A stretch of DNA of 64,000 nucleotides from Nemertoderma westbladi (taxonomy: Eukaryota; Animalia; Xenacoelomorpha), in contig JAUCBJ010003286.1 of assembly GCA_032718475.1 (NCBI GenBank), positions 19,030 to 83,029 of the forward strand, in the 5' to 3' direction. A program made the position numbers and the translations under genes. Shown piece by piece: positions 1 to 16,400 of the stretch; the stretch's first letter is position 1; the number at the start of each line of letters is the position of its first letter. The notes under the pieces were generated by a model. It was not told the DNA's origin. It ran no database searches and was given only the letters and a program-made list of their open reading frames with translations.

Positions 1-582
1 TAAACTGTTACTACATGGATTTACAGTTGATATTCATGATGCAGTGTCATTTGTTTGACCTCCTCTACATATTCATGATGCAGTGTCATTTGTTTGACCT
101 CCATTACACAATGCTATTAAAGTGAGAAATCCTGATTGGAGAAAGAAAGAAATGCTCTGAACTAATTAATCGTATAATGTACAGTATTATGATTTATGGA
201 TCGCCTAGTTAATTATATTATTCAATAGGATAGAATTACAGTTAATTTACAACGTAAATAAGTTGGATACAACATGTACGAAAATCGGGATACAAAATGT
301 CCTTTTGTAAGCTAAGAATAGGAAATTGGATACAACTTGTCTGGATACAACCTGTCCGTTTACCCTCTCTTACATACTGACACAATTGTAACCAATCAAT
401 CAACAAATCAATCAAGCTGTCACTTTTGTGGACGTGCAGCAACGGACTATGATCACGCAATGAGCTGCGATGTTATAACCTTGTTTGGTCTAAAACCAGC
501 TTTACATCTTCAAGCCATCCCCAACTAGCCTTCACCTGACTTAGTAAACTGCCATTTACCTATTTTTAGCAATTGATTAGTG

Positions 583-3150
<2,568 letters not shown>

Positions 3151-3181
3151 CTCTGTCAAACTACAGTTAGTTAGTTCTATT

Positions 3182-5592
3182 CAGGATCCCGACTTATTAT
3201 TTCGGGATCCCGACTTATAATCTCGGGATCCCGACGTATTATATCAGGATTAATCAGGACTTATTATCTCGGATTCCCGACTTATTATCTCGGAATCCCG
3301 ACTTACTATCTCGGGATCCCGACTTATCTCGGGATCCCGACTTATTATCTCGGGATCCCGACTTATAATCTCGGGATCCCGACTTATTATCTTGGGATCC
3401 CGAGTTATTATCTCGGAATCCCTACTTATTATCTCGCAATCCCGACTTATTATCTCGGGATCCCGACTTATTATCTCGGGATCCCGACTTATTATCTCGG
3501 AATCCCTACTTATTATCTCGGAATCCCGACTTATTATCTCGGATTCCCGACTTATTATCTCGGAATCCAGACTTATTATCTCAGGATCCCGACTTATTAT
3601 CTCAGAATCCCTACTTATTATCTCGGAATCCCGACTTATTATCTCGGATTCCCGACTTATTATCTCGGAATCCCGACTTATTATCTCGGGATCCCGACTT
3701 ATTATCTCGGAATCCCGACTTATTATCTCGGGATCCCGGCTTATTATCTCGGGATCCCGACTTATTATCTCGGGATCCCGACTTATTATCTCGGGATCCC
3801 GACTTATTATCTCGGGATCCCGACTTATTATCTCGGGATCCCGACTTATTATCTCGGGATCCCGACTTATTATCTCGGGATCCCGACTTATTATCTCAGG
3901 AATCCGACTTTTTATCTCGGAATCCCGACTTACTATCTCGGGATCCCGACTTATTATCTCGGGATCCCGACTTATTATCTCGGGATCCCGACTTATTATC
4001 TCGGGATCCCGACGTATTATCTCGGGATCCCGACTTATTATCTCGGGATCCCGACTTATTATCTCGGAATCCCGACTTATTATCTCGGGATCCCGACTTA
4101 TTATCTCGGAATCCCGACTTATTATCTCGGGAGCCCGACTTACTATCTCGGGATCCCGACTTATTATCTCGGGATCCCGACGTATTATCTCAGGAACCCG
4201 ACTTTTTATCTCGGAATCCCGACTTACTATCTCGGGATCCCGACTTATTATCTCGGGATCCCGACTTATTATCTCGGGATCCCGACTTATTATCTCGGAA
4301 TCCCGACTTATTATCTCGGGATCCCGACTTATTATCTCGGAATCCCGACTTATTATCTCGGAATCCCGACTTATTATCTCGGGATCCCGACTTATTATCT
4401 CGGGATCCCGAGTTATTATCTCGGAATCCCGACTTATTATCTCGGAATCCCGACTTATTATCTCGGAATCCCGACTTACTATCTCGGGATCCCGACTTAT
4501 TATCTCGGGATCCCGACTTATTATCTCGGGATCCCGACTTATTATCTCGGAATCCGACTTTTTATCTCGGAATCCCGACTTACTATCTCGGGATCCCGAC
4601 TTATTATCTCGGGATTCCGACTTATTATCTCGGAATCCCGACTTATTATCTCGGGATCCCGACTTATTATCTCGGGATCCCGACTTATTATCTCGGGATC
4701 CCGACGTATTATCTCAGGAATCCGACTTTTTATCTCGGAATCCCGACTTACTATCTCGGGATCCCGACTTATTATCTCGGGATCCCGACTTATTATCTCG
4801 GGATCCCGACTTATTATCTCGGGATCCCGACTTATTATCTCGGGATCCCGACTTATTATCTCGGGATCCCGACTTATTATCTCGGAATCCCGACTTATTA
4901 TCTCGGAATCCCGACTTATTATCTCGGGATTCCGAGTTATTATCTCGGAATCCCGACTTATTATCTCGGAATCCCGACTTATTATCTCGGAATCCCGACT
5001 TATTATCTCGGAATCCCGACTCATTATCTCGGAATCCCGACTTATTATCTCGGGATCCCGACTTACTATCTCGGGATCCCGACTTATTATCTCGGGATCC
5101 CGACTTATTATCTCGGAATCCCGACTTACTATCTCGGGATCCCGACTTACTATCTCGGGATCCCGACTTATTATCTCGGGATCCCGACTTATTATCTCGG
5201 GATCCCGACTTACTATCTCGGGATCCCGACTTATTATCTCGGGATCCCGACTTATTATCTCGGGATTCCGAGTTATTATCTCGGAATCCCTACTTATTAT
5301 CTCGGGATCCCGACTTATTATCTCGGAATCCCGACTTATTATCTCGGGATCCCGACTTATTATCTCGGAATCCCGACTTATTATCTCGGGATCCCGACTT
5401 ACTATCTCGGGATCCCGACTTATTATCTCGGGATCCCGACTTATTATCTCGGGATCCCGTCTTATTATCTCGGGATCCCGTCTTATTATCTCGGAATCCC
5501 GACTTATTATCTCGGAATCCCAGTTACTATCTCAGGATCCCGACTTATCGGGATCGGACTTATTATCTCGGATCCCAGTTACTATCTCGGGA
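3182..5592. repeat. 21-bp minisatellite, consensus TTATTATCTCGGGATCCCGAC, >100 copies
   Basis: Directly visible. Each unit holds the 12-bp palindrome TCGGGATCCCGA (variants GGAATCCC, GGGATTCC). A frameshift changes the ORF repeat from SRLIISG to RDPDLLS. Confidence 0.98.
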
Positions 5593-5881
5593 AACCGTAA
5601 CCGGTAATAGTTTTAATTTTGGAGCATTCAGCTGTTATATGCGTCGATTTCCCCTGGAGCGGGTTGGATTTTTATGGATATTTATTAAAACTAAAGAAAT
5701 AACTTACATGCTCTATTAAGTTTGCCAAATTTTCTCGTCTACTAAAAATATTTTGACAAGTGTAACAAACTGATAGCAAGGAACTTGCAACATCTTAGGA
5801 AATGTACTATGAATTTTCAACAGGGATATATTATTTAAACTATTATAGTAATAACTAGTAATGTAGTAAATAATAAATAGT

Positions 5882-6830
5882 TCACGATTGCGATCCCCCC
5901 AATCTAGATAACGCTGGGTAGAAAACCATAGATAAAGCTTCCTCTGTGAGACTCGATGGGAAATCGTCCGAACTATCGTAATGATGGACTGGACTTGTCA
6001 CATAATTTAATTCAACCATTTTCCCTGAACTACGATCAGGTTCATAGGCATATTGATACAAAAATGCTGTTTTGAAATAATAATTAAAAATAATTAACGG
6101 ATGGTCAGTGAGGTAGAGTGCGCTTATTACTGTACAAACTGATGAATCAGTGATGATTAACTGACCATTGTTAAATTTGCTTTTGAACTTTTGAACTATA
6201 CTTTTGGTACTATTTTTGAGACGTGGTTTGAATAAATAATTACATAGCATGAAATATCTATTTCATCTTTATTATCTCTATTTTGTAGTTATAAATGGAT
6301 TTTTAGGTGTTTCCAATTTGGTGGAATTTCGGCGGATGTTAAAATTTAAGCTTAAACTTTATTTTTCCATGTTTAACAATCCAAACTTACCGGATAGTAT
6401 AAGACCTTTCGGATTCCGGGTACGTTGCTGTACCTTGAAGGTCTTTAACAGGTTTGAGGATATTCGCTCATTCAAGTTTCCCTTTAGTTAGCAAGGATAG
6501 TTCGCGAGAAATCTGCAAGATAAATAGGATATCAAATATCCCCAACAAACAATGGCATAAAAATAATTAATTAAATAATGAGAAACAAATAGGCCTACAT
6601 ATACAGTATAAAACGCTTCAATGCAGCTGAAATATAAATATTAAATTGTAATAATTATATCACAATAATGATAATATATTTTAATTTTACAAACCTCGTT
6701 ATTTTGACGATTGGTGGACGACTTATTATTTCGAATTTCTTCCAAACACATATTTACCATTATTAGGTACATCTCTGAAGCGTTAAGTATCGTATGAGTC
6801 GATACTTTAAGTTGTGACAGTAAGGGCAGT
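5882..6830 (-). other. Possible spliced gene remnant or exons, product unknown
   Basis: A minus-strand donor (G|GTAAG, ~6390) and acceptor (AAACAG|, ~6068) join in phase to give ...NPKGLILS-A-FLYQYAYEPDRSS...GGSQS*. A further donor lies at ~6695. The obvious upstream acceptor (~6513) brings in an in-frame stop, and I recognise no homology. Confidence 0.25.
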
Positions 6831-8982
6831 ACAGTTGTACAATACATACAGTCATATTTATTAGGTGCACTGCGTATAAGGCAAAGTGATTTCAACTATT
6901 AAACAACAGTTCTGCTTCAGTCAGCCAATCACAATGCTGTTATCATGAAAGTTGGTTCATGGTGAAATTGGCAGACAGGTATAATAATAAAAAAGTACAC
7001 TACTATTTAAATATGTTACATCATACTTAAAATAAATGGTGAAAAGAAATACGATCAGTGGTGAAATGGCGATTTCAGTGGAATATACAGAATATATATA
7101 TATATAAATTAATTTTATATATTTATAAAGTATATTTATTATATACAAATATACAGATATTTTTATTTTATTTCTGAAATATTTTGAGGCAATATAAATC
7201 ATTTTAAAGAAATCATTCTAGGTATATCTATTAGATGGAGTGGAACAATTTTGCCACACACCATTTAAATGAAAAACGTCATTAACATGGTGTATTGAAT
7301 GCTGTTATTCTTTTAATAAAAATGTAGCAAATTATTCATTTTTTTACAGGGTTGTATAGAGTCTATTAGGAGAAGTGTTCATTGTCATTGACACAATGAC
7401 TCGGGGCAGCATTCTTCTATAAGTGCATCCCAAGATTTATAACTTTTGTTGGACACAACTTTGTATAAGGACATCATCTTCAATGATGTCCTGGTGGGAT
7501 CAAAAAGGTGACCTCGAGTTGGAAGTCTGTCGCTCTAACATTCCGCTAGGGGCTCGGGTAAAAGGTAGACCTGAAAATACTACCGGATACCTTGTAGAGT
7601 ATGTCCGCAATTTAGTCATCATGGCCTCCCAGCGATTTGGTATCATCTGCAGAAAAGTGTACTGGTTCTACTGCTGCTCTAAATAATGCTCTATTAAAGA
7701 AAGCTTAGATTAAGTTTTAATTAGAGATTAAATAAAGCTATATTCCATGCTACTCATGTCTCTTACGTATCTTCTTCACCTGGCTTCAAGCATCTCATAA
7801 ATATGTTTATCTCATAAGTAGATTGGCAACATTGCAATGCCTGTATAATAATAATAGGATGTGGATATAATCACCTATATTATATATGTACTGTACATGG
7901 CGTCCGGAAAATTGCGACCTGGATAATAATTGCTACCCATTATTTTAGATAAATTTGTTGGGTGGTATCGTCGGCCAGTGTCGGCCACCCCCCCCCCCCC
8001 CCCCCTCACTACCTGGAAACCCGTCAGTGTCTGTCGCCCCCTCCCCGGGGGCCCGACATTTTTCTTTTCACTACTAAAATTCAAATAAAAATCCTAATTT
8101 TGTAACCAAAAAAGGGATGTTTTGTTGTGTCACTAAGATACTAATACTACTGTATCTTGATATGATTAGGTACAAACTCTGTCTAGTACTGTAATTTCTG
8201 TACCTACAGAAGCCCACCAACACCAACCATTAGAACAACAACAACTATGCTACAGTAGATGTTCGCGGGCCCTTCTCACAGAACAAAGCAAGCTGTTCAC
8301 CACTGTTTCAACCTTGCCGAACTGCTGAGTTCCCCCTGCTGAGCAAATGATATTTCAGAATTTTCATAGACTACATGATCAAAACAAAAGCTCAAATGCT
8401 CAAACACAGCATGATGTAGTGTTTGAGCACCATCCAATGTGTCTGACATTAAACCGCCCTGATCGTCTGCAAAGTCAAGTCCGCAAGGTCCGTTCATTCG
8501 TACAACAAATTAAAGATGTTCAATTTCATTAAAGATTGGTGAGCGATTAGCCTTTAAACATTAGCCGACATAGATGCTCATACCGAATTAATTTTATGTC
8601 AAACAGGAAAATGGAAAACTATAATCCAGGCAGGATGAAGAAGAGAGTGGAGGGAAATTCAAAGAGTAGGCCTAATAAAATGTTTTGTTTATTTTCTAAT
8701 ACTAATGCAGTAACAGTGAACTTCAGGAAACCTGACTGGCTGGCGTATTGCCTACTACAGTACTGCTATGTTGTGATATGTTGCAATATCACACGTGGGG
8801 GTGTTGGTGATTTGAGTGAATATTAATACATAAATTGTATTAATGTGAATGTGTGGGCTGTAGCTGCCTGATTGTGAGTTGTGAGAGTGGGCCCCTACTT
8901 AGAATTTAGAAAGGGGGTTAAACCTAACATCCCCGTGTTAATTGAATTTTATAAACATATAATTATTTAGGCCTACTCACTC

Positions 8983-9606
8983 ATGGCAGTGGATAACCGT
9001 GTGATCGTGTTGGTGGATATGGACGGTGTATTGGCCGACTTTGAGAGAAGTTTTCTATCAGAATATCGATCCATGTATCCCGGAAAACCGTCAGTGGAAC
9101 TTAAAGACAGAAGGGGATTCTGGATCGATTCACAGTACGAAGAAATACAATCTGGTTTGGGCAAACTTGTTGATGGTGTTATTAACAGGGTTGGATTTTT
9201 CCGTAATCTTCCAATTTATCCCGGTGCTAAAGAAGGTTTAGAGGGTTTGAGGAGTGTGGAGGGTGTTGACGTGTTCATCTGTACAAGTCCACCTTCGATG
9301 TGCAACCCCTGTGTTACGGAAAAATATGAGTGGGTTGAGGCCCATTTGGGGGAGTATTGGTTGTCAAGGGTTATATTAACTAAAGATAAAACATTAGTAT
9401 TCGGCGATTTCTTATTGGACGACAAGCCGGATATACATGGTTGCTGTAGCAACCCGTTTTGGCAGCAGATACTAGTGGAGCAACCATATAACGATTTCAA
9501 TTCTTCTCATTTAAAACGTTTCCATTCTTGGACAAAAGACTTCGATTGGCTACAACAGATAATATTGGATAAACTCTACGAAAAACGTGGCACTGCCTGC
9601 TCTTAG
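8983..9606 (+). CDS. NT5M: 5'(3')-deoxyribonucleotidase (NT5C/NT5M family, HAD superfamily), intronless, 207 aa
   Basis: HAD motif I VLVDMDGVLADFE, plus FICTSP, EKYEWV and ILTKDKTLVFGDFLLDDKP, all typical of NT5C/NT5M. No obvious mitochondrial presequence, so NT5C versus NT5M is unresolved. Confidence 0.95.
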   Translation: MAVDNRVIVLVDMDGVLADFERSFLSEYRSMYPGKPSVELKDRRGFWIDSQYEEIQSGLGKLVDGVINRVGFFRNLPIYPGAKEGLEGLRSVEGVDVFICTSPPSMCNPCVTEKYEWVEAHLGEYWLSRVILTKDKTLVFGDFLLDDKPDIHGCCSNPFWQQILVEQPYNDFNSSHLKRFHSWTKDFDWLQQIILDKLYEKRGTACS

Positions 9607-9733
9607 TTCATATTTAATATTTCATGAAAGTTTGTAGACTTAGGTTAGATTAATTTTAATTCACTCTGATACTGCTGTTCCAAAACCGCAAGTTTCGCTG
9701 GATCATTTGTACCTACTGCTACTGGTATAGTAG

Positions 9734-9969
9734 CCCATGTGAAGAATACAAGGTTTTTCATTTTTCGGATTTTTATTTTATTGGAATTTTATATTTGAAG
9801 AATTTGTATTTTTTAATGAGATTTCTCCACATTAAGTGTTTTATATCGTTTTATTCCTTACAGTATTTTATAACCCGTACAGATACTTATTCGTTTATTG
9901 TTTTGGTTAGATTCAGCCCAGTCTGCAAACTGGGTTTTTAGTAAAAACCTGGTATTCTTCACATTTGGG
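9734..9969. mobile_element. MITE with ~25-bp imperfect TIRs
   Basis: CCCATGTGAAGAATACAAGGTTTTT is inverted to AAAAACCTGGTATTCTTCACATTTGGG. The same terminus recurs at ~40093, and internal TTCGTTTATTGTTTTGGTTAGA recurs at ~12097. Confidence 0.6.
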
Positions 9970-10382
9970 TAAACTGTAAAATGAAATAATATTTATAAAT
10001 AATAAAATAAAAGCACATTTATGGAATGTTATTTATCTATATTTATCGAATACACAATTTCCTTAGCTCAATGATTACTACAGTACAGTAGCTGTACTGC
10101 ATACTGCCTGATTCGTCAGACTTATCCCACAATCCCACCACTTAACGTTGAGTTGAGCGTGAACCGGGAGAATCAACCCGTTACCTCATGCGAGAATTGA
10201 AAAATGTCGTTTTAGTTTAGGAGAGTTTTAACGGGGTTCATTATTAGCCAATCAGAGCATTTCATTGCTAGACCTCTGATCCTCTGAAACTGACAATTTG
10301 CTACAGTAGTAACCTTAGAATTAGCTACCCTTGTTGAAATAATTAAAAAAATTGTTAGTCCCTAGAGCCGTTTTGAATTTAA

Positions 10383-10490
10383 TCACTCACTCACTCCCAC
10401 ACTCACTCACTCCCACACTCACTCACTCCCACACTCACTCACTCCCACACTCACTCCCCAACTCACTCACTCCTACACTCACTCACTCTA
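10383..10490. repeat. (CACT)n-derived 16-bp repeat CACTCACTCACTCCCA
   Basis: Directly visible, immediately upstream of a retrotransposon fragment. Confidence 0.9.
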
Positions 10491-11700
10491 CATAGGGCAA
10501 CTGGCCATGCCCCCGCAGCCTACATTGAACTTCAGTCAGTCAAACCGAACCACTGGTGTCACAAATCCTGCATCATCCCCCTTTTAACCCCCATATCACC
10601 TCAGCCCTTGCTTCTCTAGCAAAGAACGGTAAAGAACCGGATTGGACCTCTTTGGAAGCCCTCCACGCCCCCTATCACCCAGAAAAACTCTCATTCTATT
10701 GACCTAGCTTTATATGAGCACTTCCAGTTCCTTTCCTCTACCCCCAGCACTAGGTCTAACGCCCTAGCCAACTCGACCTCTCTGCCACACTCTGGAGACT
10801 GGCTCCACACTGTTCGTTCTGAGAACTTAGGTCTTCACTTCCTCGATGCCGAGTTTCGGTATTCGGTGTGCTACTGGCTTGGTATGTGTATGAGCTCCAC
10901 TGCATCCCCTTGCCCCATTTGTGCCTCGACCTCAGACAGACCCCTACCACGGAGATCACCATGTTGGATGCAGTGGTGAGAGGGACCGGACGCCCACAGA
11001 CAGACCCCTACCACGGAGATCACCATGTTGGATGCAGTGGTGAGAGGGACCGGATTGCCCGCCACAACTCACTCCGGAACGCTGTATTCTTAGCTGCCCA
11101 ATCAGCAGCCTTAGCGCCCCGGAGTGAAGTTCCAGGCCTCATCCTAGGTTCCCACAGCCGCCCTGCTGACATTTTCATGCCGAACTGGCATCATGGTCAC
11201 TAAATGGCCCTAGATGTTACAGTGATCCGTAACTGTGTAACTGTAGATGGTGCTGCTGCTGATGCAGGCCACACTCAAATCATTGCCAGAGACCGCAAAC
11301 TTGCTGCTCACTTGGATGAGTGCATGAAATCCGGAGTTGGCTTCACTCCGCTTATTGTTGAAATCTTGGTCTTGGGGGGTGGGATTCCCACTCATCCTCC
11401 ACCATCCGTGAGATTGCCAGACTGCAAGGCCTCAGGCGAGGAATCCCGTTAGGGGAAGCCATCCGTCACCTCTTCCAACGGCTCTCTGTCTGCTTGTGGC
11501 GCGGGAACTCTGCCATGTGGTTGCGTAGAATCCCCACCCTCCACCCCTCTGTGGTTGGTGTCCGGTAGTGCGCAATAGATTGCCCCCATTGCCTGTTGAT
11601 TCTCCTGCCAGTCTGTCCTGCTGCTATTATACTGTAGCCACTGTTTTATTGTGTCGTGTTATTTTTACATTTAATCTAATGAAATTATGTCTTACTTGTA
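10491..11700 (+). mobile_element. 5'-truncated, decayed CRE-type non-LTR retrotransposon (zinc knuckle plus restriction-like endonuclease)
   Basis: Broken frames read GDW...LGLHFLDAEFR, CPIC...GDHHVGC...RIARHNSLRN, RPADIFMPNW, ALDVTV, FTPLIVE..G.GGW and HLFQRLSVCLWRGNSAM. Contains stops, frameshifts and a ~64-bp internal tandem duplication (~10933-11054). Confidence 0.85.
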
Positions 11701-11705
11701 AATAA

Positions 11706-11932
11706 AAGCCGAAATCATGGCGGAAATCTTAGCCGAATTCTGTACCGAAAAATATGCCGATTTCTAGATCGAAAACTTGGCAGAAATCAAAGTTGAAATC
11801 TATGCTGAAAACTTGGCAGAAATCTAAGTCGTAATCTTGGCTGAAAAATAAGCTGAAATCTAAAACGTAATCTTCGATGAAAAGTAAGCTGAAATCTAAG
11901 CCGAAATCTTGACCAAAATTTAAGCAGAAATC
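11706..11932. repeat. Degenerate 12-bp tandem repeat (AAGCCGAAATCT-like)
   Basis: About 19 diverged units with 12-bp periodicity of GAAAT/GAAAA; stop codons in the AEI-reading frame. Confidence 0.75.
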
Positions 11933-13077
11933 GCTGTCGTTAGTGAATTTGGCTTGTAGAGGTACGAATAATTTTTCACAACATCGTGCAGATAGTGGGG
12001 GGACTTTCGACCAAATAAAAATTCAACCCTGTCCAGGAAAAAATCGATGAAAATAACAGCTGCATACTGCCAAAACTGTATCCTGTCCTATTGACTTTCG
12101 TTTATTGTTTTGGTTAGAAAATAATGTGCTACTGTAACCTGGTCCTTTTCCTTAATTGATAATTTAACAATCAGACGAGATATATTATGAGATGGGATTT
12201 GCACTGGAATTTGCAATTATTGATATCATTAGAAAATATATGTAATTGTATTTTTTTGTTGTTTAATAGTCGTCAGGTCGCGTTACCTGTATGATCATAA
12301 TTCATGTTTTTATTGTAGTTATGGCAACTAAATAATTATTCATTTGTGCTAATAATATTATTATTAACGATTTGGCATTATTACTGTAGTTGTTGAGAGA
12401 TTCAGGGTTGGTTTGGTTAGCCAGATTACTACTAGTGTGTGTGTGTTGAGTTCCAGTTGTTGTAGTTGCACCAGATTGGGCACTATGTTGCCCTGACAAC
12501 AACCACAGAAAAACCTGGCATTATACAGCAGTCCGGGGAACCCTATTGGTCGGTTCATGTAAGTGCCCTGGTTGGGTTGAACTGAAGGCGCGCTGATAAC
12601 ATTCCCTCTTCTCTCCAAGAATAATACTGAGACCGTTCTTTATTGAACCAATGTTGTTACTTGGCCTTGTTCTGAAAGAGAGAGGAGTATAGTAGTTACT
12701 ATACAGCGAGCGATATACAGTATTTATATTTTTATTGGGTTTACGAATTTTATTAACCTAAGTAAATATATTAATTGTATATTGAACATATGTATTCAAT
12801 GTTTTATTGAATTGTTAATTTCACAATTAATTCCAAACTTTATTTCTTTTACATAACCTAAAAACAGAACAATTGTATTCTGTAATCTGAATGAATGTTG
12901 GGAAGGTACATGTTTCTTCAGTCCAGTAAATTTTTATTGCAACTCAGTTTCCATTCGCCCACCATTTTTTTACGCATTTTTATTAAATTTCAGAAAGATT
13001 ATTGTTTATTATTTTGCACAACAGTTTTGTTATATATTTTTGTCTCGGATTGTTTGTAAACTAATTTTTAAATTATA

Positions 13078-13470
13078 ATGCCCTCCAAATCGAAGAAACA
13101 AGGTTCTAAAGCAGTTGCCAAGGGCAAAGTAGCTGCAAAGGGGCGTGGGAGGCCTTCTTCTGCTAAAGGCAAGGCTAAACCTAAGTTGGTGAAACAGTCT
13201 ACCATAGCGGCAACTCAGGTTGCTTCAAAGGCAATCCTTGGGAAAGAGAAGAATAAGATTCAAGCAAGTCGTTCAGCTACCAAAGTAGAGAAAAAAGCTG
13301 CTCTTAAAAGAACCAAAACTATGGCTGATACCAAGGCTGAAGCCAACGTTATTCTGGGGGGCCAGTTGGTGGGGGATTCGAGATCCCAGACGAAAACGTT
13401 GAAGAAGGTGGCGGCGAAAGCTGAGAAAAGACCAAAGAAGTCCAAAGGGTCAAAGGGGAAAAAGAAATAA
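13078..13470 (+). CDS. Lys-rich basic protein, 130 aa, with an AT-hook-like KGRGRP and two copies of an unassigned repeat (paralog A)
   Basis: Clean ORF with higher GC than its flanks. A paralog at 17216-17683 differs mostly at synonymous sites. No H1 globular domain is recognisable. Confidence 0.8.
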   Translation: MPSKSKKQGSKAVAKGKVAAKGRGRPSSAKGKAKPKLVKQSTIAATQVASKAILGKEKNKIQASRSATKVEKKAALKRTKTMADTKAEANVILGGQLVGDSRSQTKTLKKVAAKAEKRPKKSKGSKGKKK

Positions 13471-16400
13471 ACTGATAGATGAAAGATAGGGATTTTAATT
13501 TCCTCCTGCCTATATCATACCGAACTACAATAATATATGTCTTTTTGTTTTGTTTTGTTTTATTTTATTTGTTTGTTGTTTATTTACCTGTAGTTTTAGC
13601 TCTACATATAATAACCCATGTTTTGTTTAATGTCACACCAACGCAGAGACCAACTCTATTTGAACTCTGTTTAGCCATACGGCAGTACCGTACCAACATT
13701 TGGTGGACGATGGTGGTCGTAGTTGTTTGTAACTACAGTACAGTCAGACAAGATTAATTAATATTGTAATTGTAATTCAGGGGAAAAGTTCAACCAAAGC
13801 CGTATATTATGACTGTGAATGTGCGGTATTATAGTAGAATGCGTAAACTTTACCAATTCCTTAAAATTGTATTTCAGTTGTGTCGATTTCAGTGGTGATT
13901 TTATTTACATGGAAATTTCCTCGCCACAAATTTGTAGGTAATTTGTTTTAATTTCATTTTGGGATAACAATAAACCGTATCTAAATATACTAGAATTATA
14001 GACAATACACTTAAAAATTACCTCAGTCACAAAATCCATTTACGATACAAATAAAATTACAATATAGTAGTATAACATAGGGTAATAACTGCGTTTAAAA
14101 CTTGTTAAATAGATTGCTTGATTCGTTGAATATTGTAATTATATAAACACCTTTTTCATTTCAATTTTCATTTTTTCTCCATTAATTTCTTTCTTTTTTT
14201 GTGTTTATTCTTAAACTCTGACTGCGAAATAATGTCTGACTTTTCTTCTCTGTAGTTTTTCCAGTACGTCCCTCCAGTTCGATTTCATGTATTAGTATAA
14301 TTGTAAATGCAGATTAAAATACATTTTTTAAAAATCACGCAATGAAAAATCATGCATAAATAACTTATATACCCGGTAGCCAAGAAATAAAGTAAAGAAA
14401 ATATAATTGTGTACTAATTAATTGTATATTGACACTTTATATTGCAGTTATTGATGTATATATTTATGATCAGTTTGTTATAAAATAACAGTTAAAATTT
14501 ATTCCTGAGATGCCGACCTTTACATATCCCGTAAGGGTTTTTTTTTATGGAATTATTTTCCTATTTCGACGTATGGGACAGGCCGTAACAGTACAGCTTT
14601 ACGGTTTTGTAAAACTACTCATTCTGTACCGTACAGTGTACAGTGTATATATAGACATATATATACATTGTATATATAGTAGTCTGCACGCACAAGGCAT
14701 AATTATTTGATTTCGTATTTTAGGGTTATTTGTATATTTATCGCGATTTCATTTTGTATAAATATTCGATGGTGGACTGACTCCTGAAGTATGTTGGGTA
14801 TCATTGGTGGTTTGCTCGGTTATATATTAGCTGGTGTTGGCATATTTTCGCGTACCCGCCAATTAGTTACATTGTGGGATGTTTATTTAAACTACGAAAA
14901 GTTTCGTTTGTCAATAATAATTTATTGTCTAGTTAGTGTGAGACTTTGTTTCTTCAATAAAGATAGGAACTTATGGCATTTTGTATTATAAAACTCTATT
15001 TGCTTGCTATTCGAAACCGTGGACGCAAAATATGTTGGTTTGGATTGTTATATTAACTTTTGATTAATTCCTCACCCCCAATGTATATATATATATTACT
15101 TACAACGATTTATGTTGTGTTGTTTAGTATTTATACCGAGTTGGAATGTTGTACAAATATTATATTTACTTTCATGTATCTCACTAATAAATAAATGCTT
15201 ATTCAAATCTAACGCGGGTTGTGATAGGTAAAGGGTGTTTTTTCCTTCCTCGACTTATTGATGTAACAGACTATAGACCCACATATGTTTTTGTGTGCCG
15301 CTATCACTGCTAATTGTGTACCGTGGTATACCGCCCGTATCAAGATCTCGGTCATAATCTATCTTTCAGTAAAGATTAAATTAAAAATTTATTTTTTCTG
15401 GTATAGATTGTATATGGTTAACTAAAATGGCTCAAGTGGTCCAAACCCAATGGAATACAGGGTTAAAATAAAGTGTAGTGTGTAGGTGGTGTAGTTAATG
15501 GTTTAAATTGTGTGGCGGTATGAAGCTATGCAATGCGGAAATTGAAATATCGGAGTTTAGCGTAAAATGTTCAAATTGCGTGGTGGCTAGTTTGTTAACG
15601 TAATTAATTTGACTCCAGTTTAAAGCATGAGGCGCGGTAAAGAATATTTTGTGATACGGATTTTTTAATTCTGATATAGAGGCACAAAAAATGATATCAA
15701 ATTGTGGCATAAAATGTGCCGCATAGGACCTAATATTGCGCCACAAAAACTCTTACAATATAATTATATTGTAAAGTAGTTAATCACTTAATGTATTTTT
15801 AGACTATAGCACGCTCGACCTTTGTATTTAATTGGTTGTATATTAATGCTTACTTTGTTTGTATATTTGATACGCTATACCTCAAAGATGTACTAATGGT
15901 TAATTGTACATTGTATTTCAAAATTCCAACAAAACATCCCAATGATGTTTAGAGTTAGGCAACAACAATATTCTATTACAACCTGCACTGGAAATAAATT
16001 GCCGGACTTTTTGGAAAAAAATATATTTCGGTTTTTTTTAGTTTAACAATGTATTTACGTAAATAAATAATTATTTAGTCGGTTAATTTTTTGACAATAA
16101 TTCATTCCAAAGTGAAACATTTTTATTTTATATTGAGATCCATTAATTTACCTTGAACGCAATGCATACGATGCATTACATATGTTGGGCCATATACTCC
16201 GTTACTGTGGTCTACTGGTTAAACCGGGTATCACCCAACAGAATCAACTTATTAGATTTGAGCACCGACCAATACAGCAGGCGATCAACTTGTGCGTATG
16301 GTTACCCTGGTGGCGTCACATGAGAGACAAAATTGTTGAGCAGACAAAATTACACATATCAACACAGACATGCCTAGGATTCAGGCTTGATAATGTTGGC

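Noticed and set aside
3392-5719. 775-aa ORF, and a CRISPR-like look of the palindromic 21-bp repeat
   Set aside because: Head-to-tail minisatellite with no spacers and no cas genes, in a eukaryotic context; the ORF changes repeat frame midway.
7760-7845. Exon-like segment with good splice signals on the minus strand
   Set aside because: It matches the centre of the MITE in the GBE1 intron (GGCATTGCA.TGTTGCCAA.CTACT.ATGAGATAAACA), so it is a dispersed repeat.
8209-8532. In-frame TGC-TGA suggesting a selenoprotein
   Set aside because: No recognisable selenoprotein homology or SECIS element; a chance stop is more likely.
13078-13470. Histone H1 call for the basic proteins
   Set aside because: No globular winged-helix domain and no histone 3' stem-loop.
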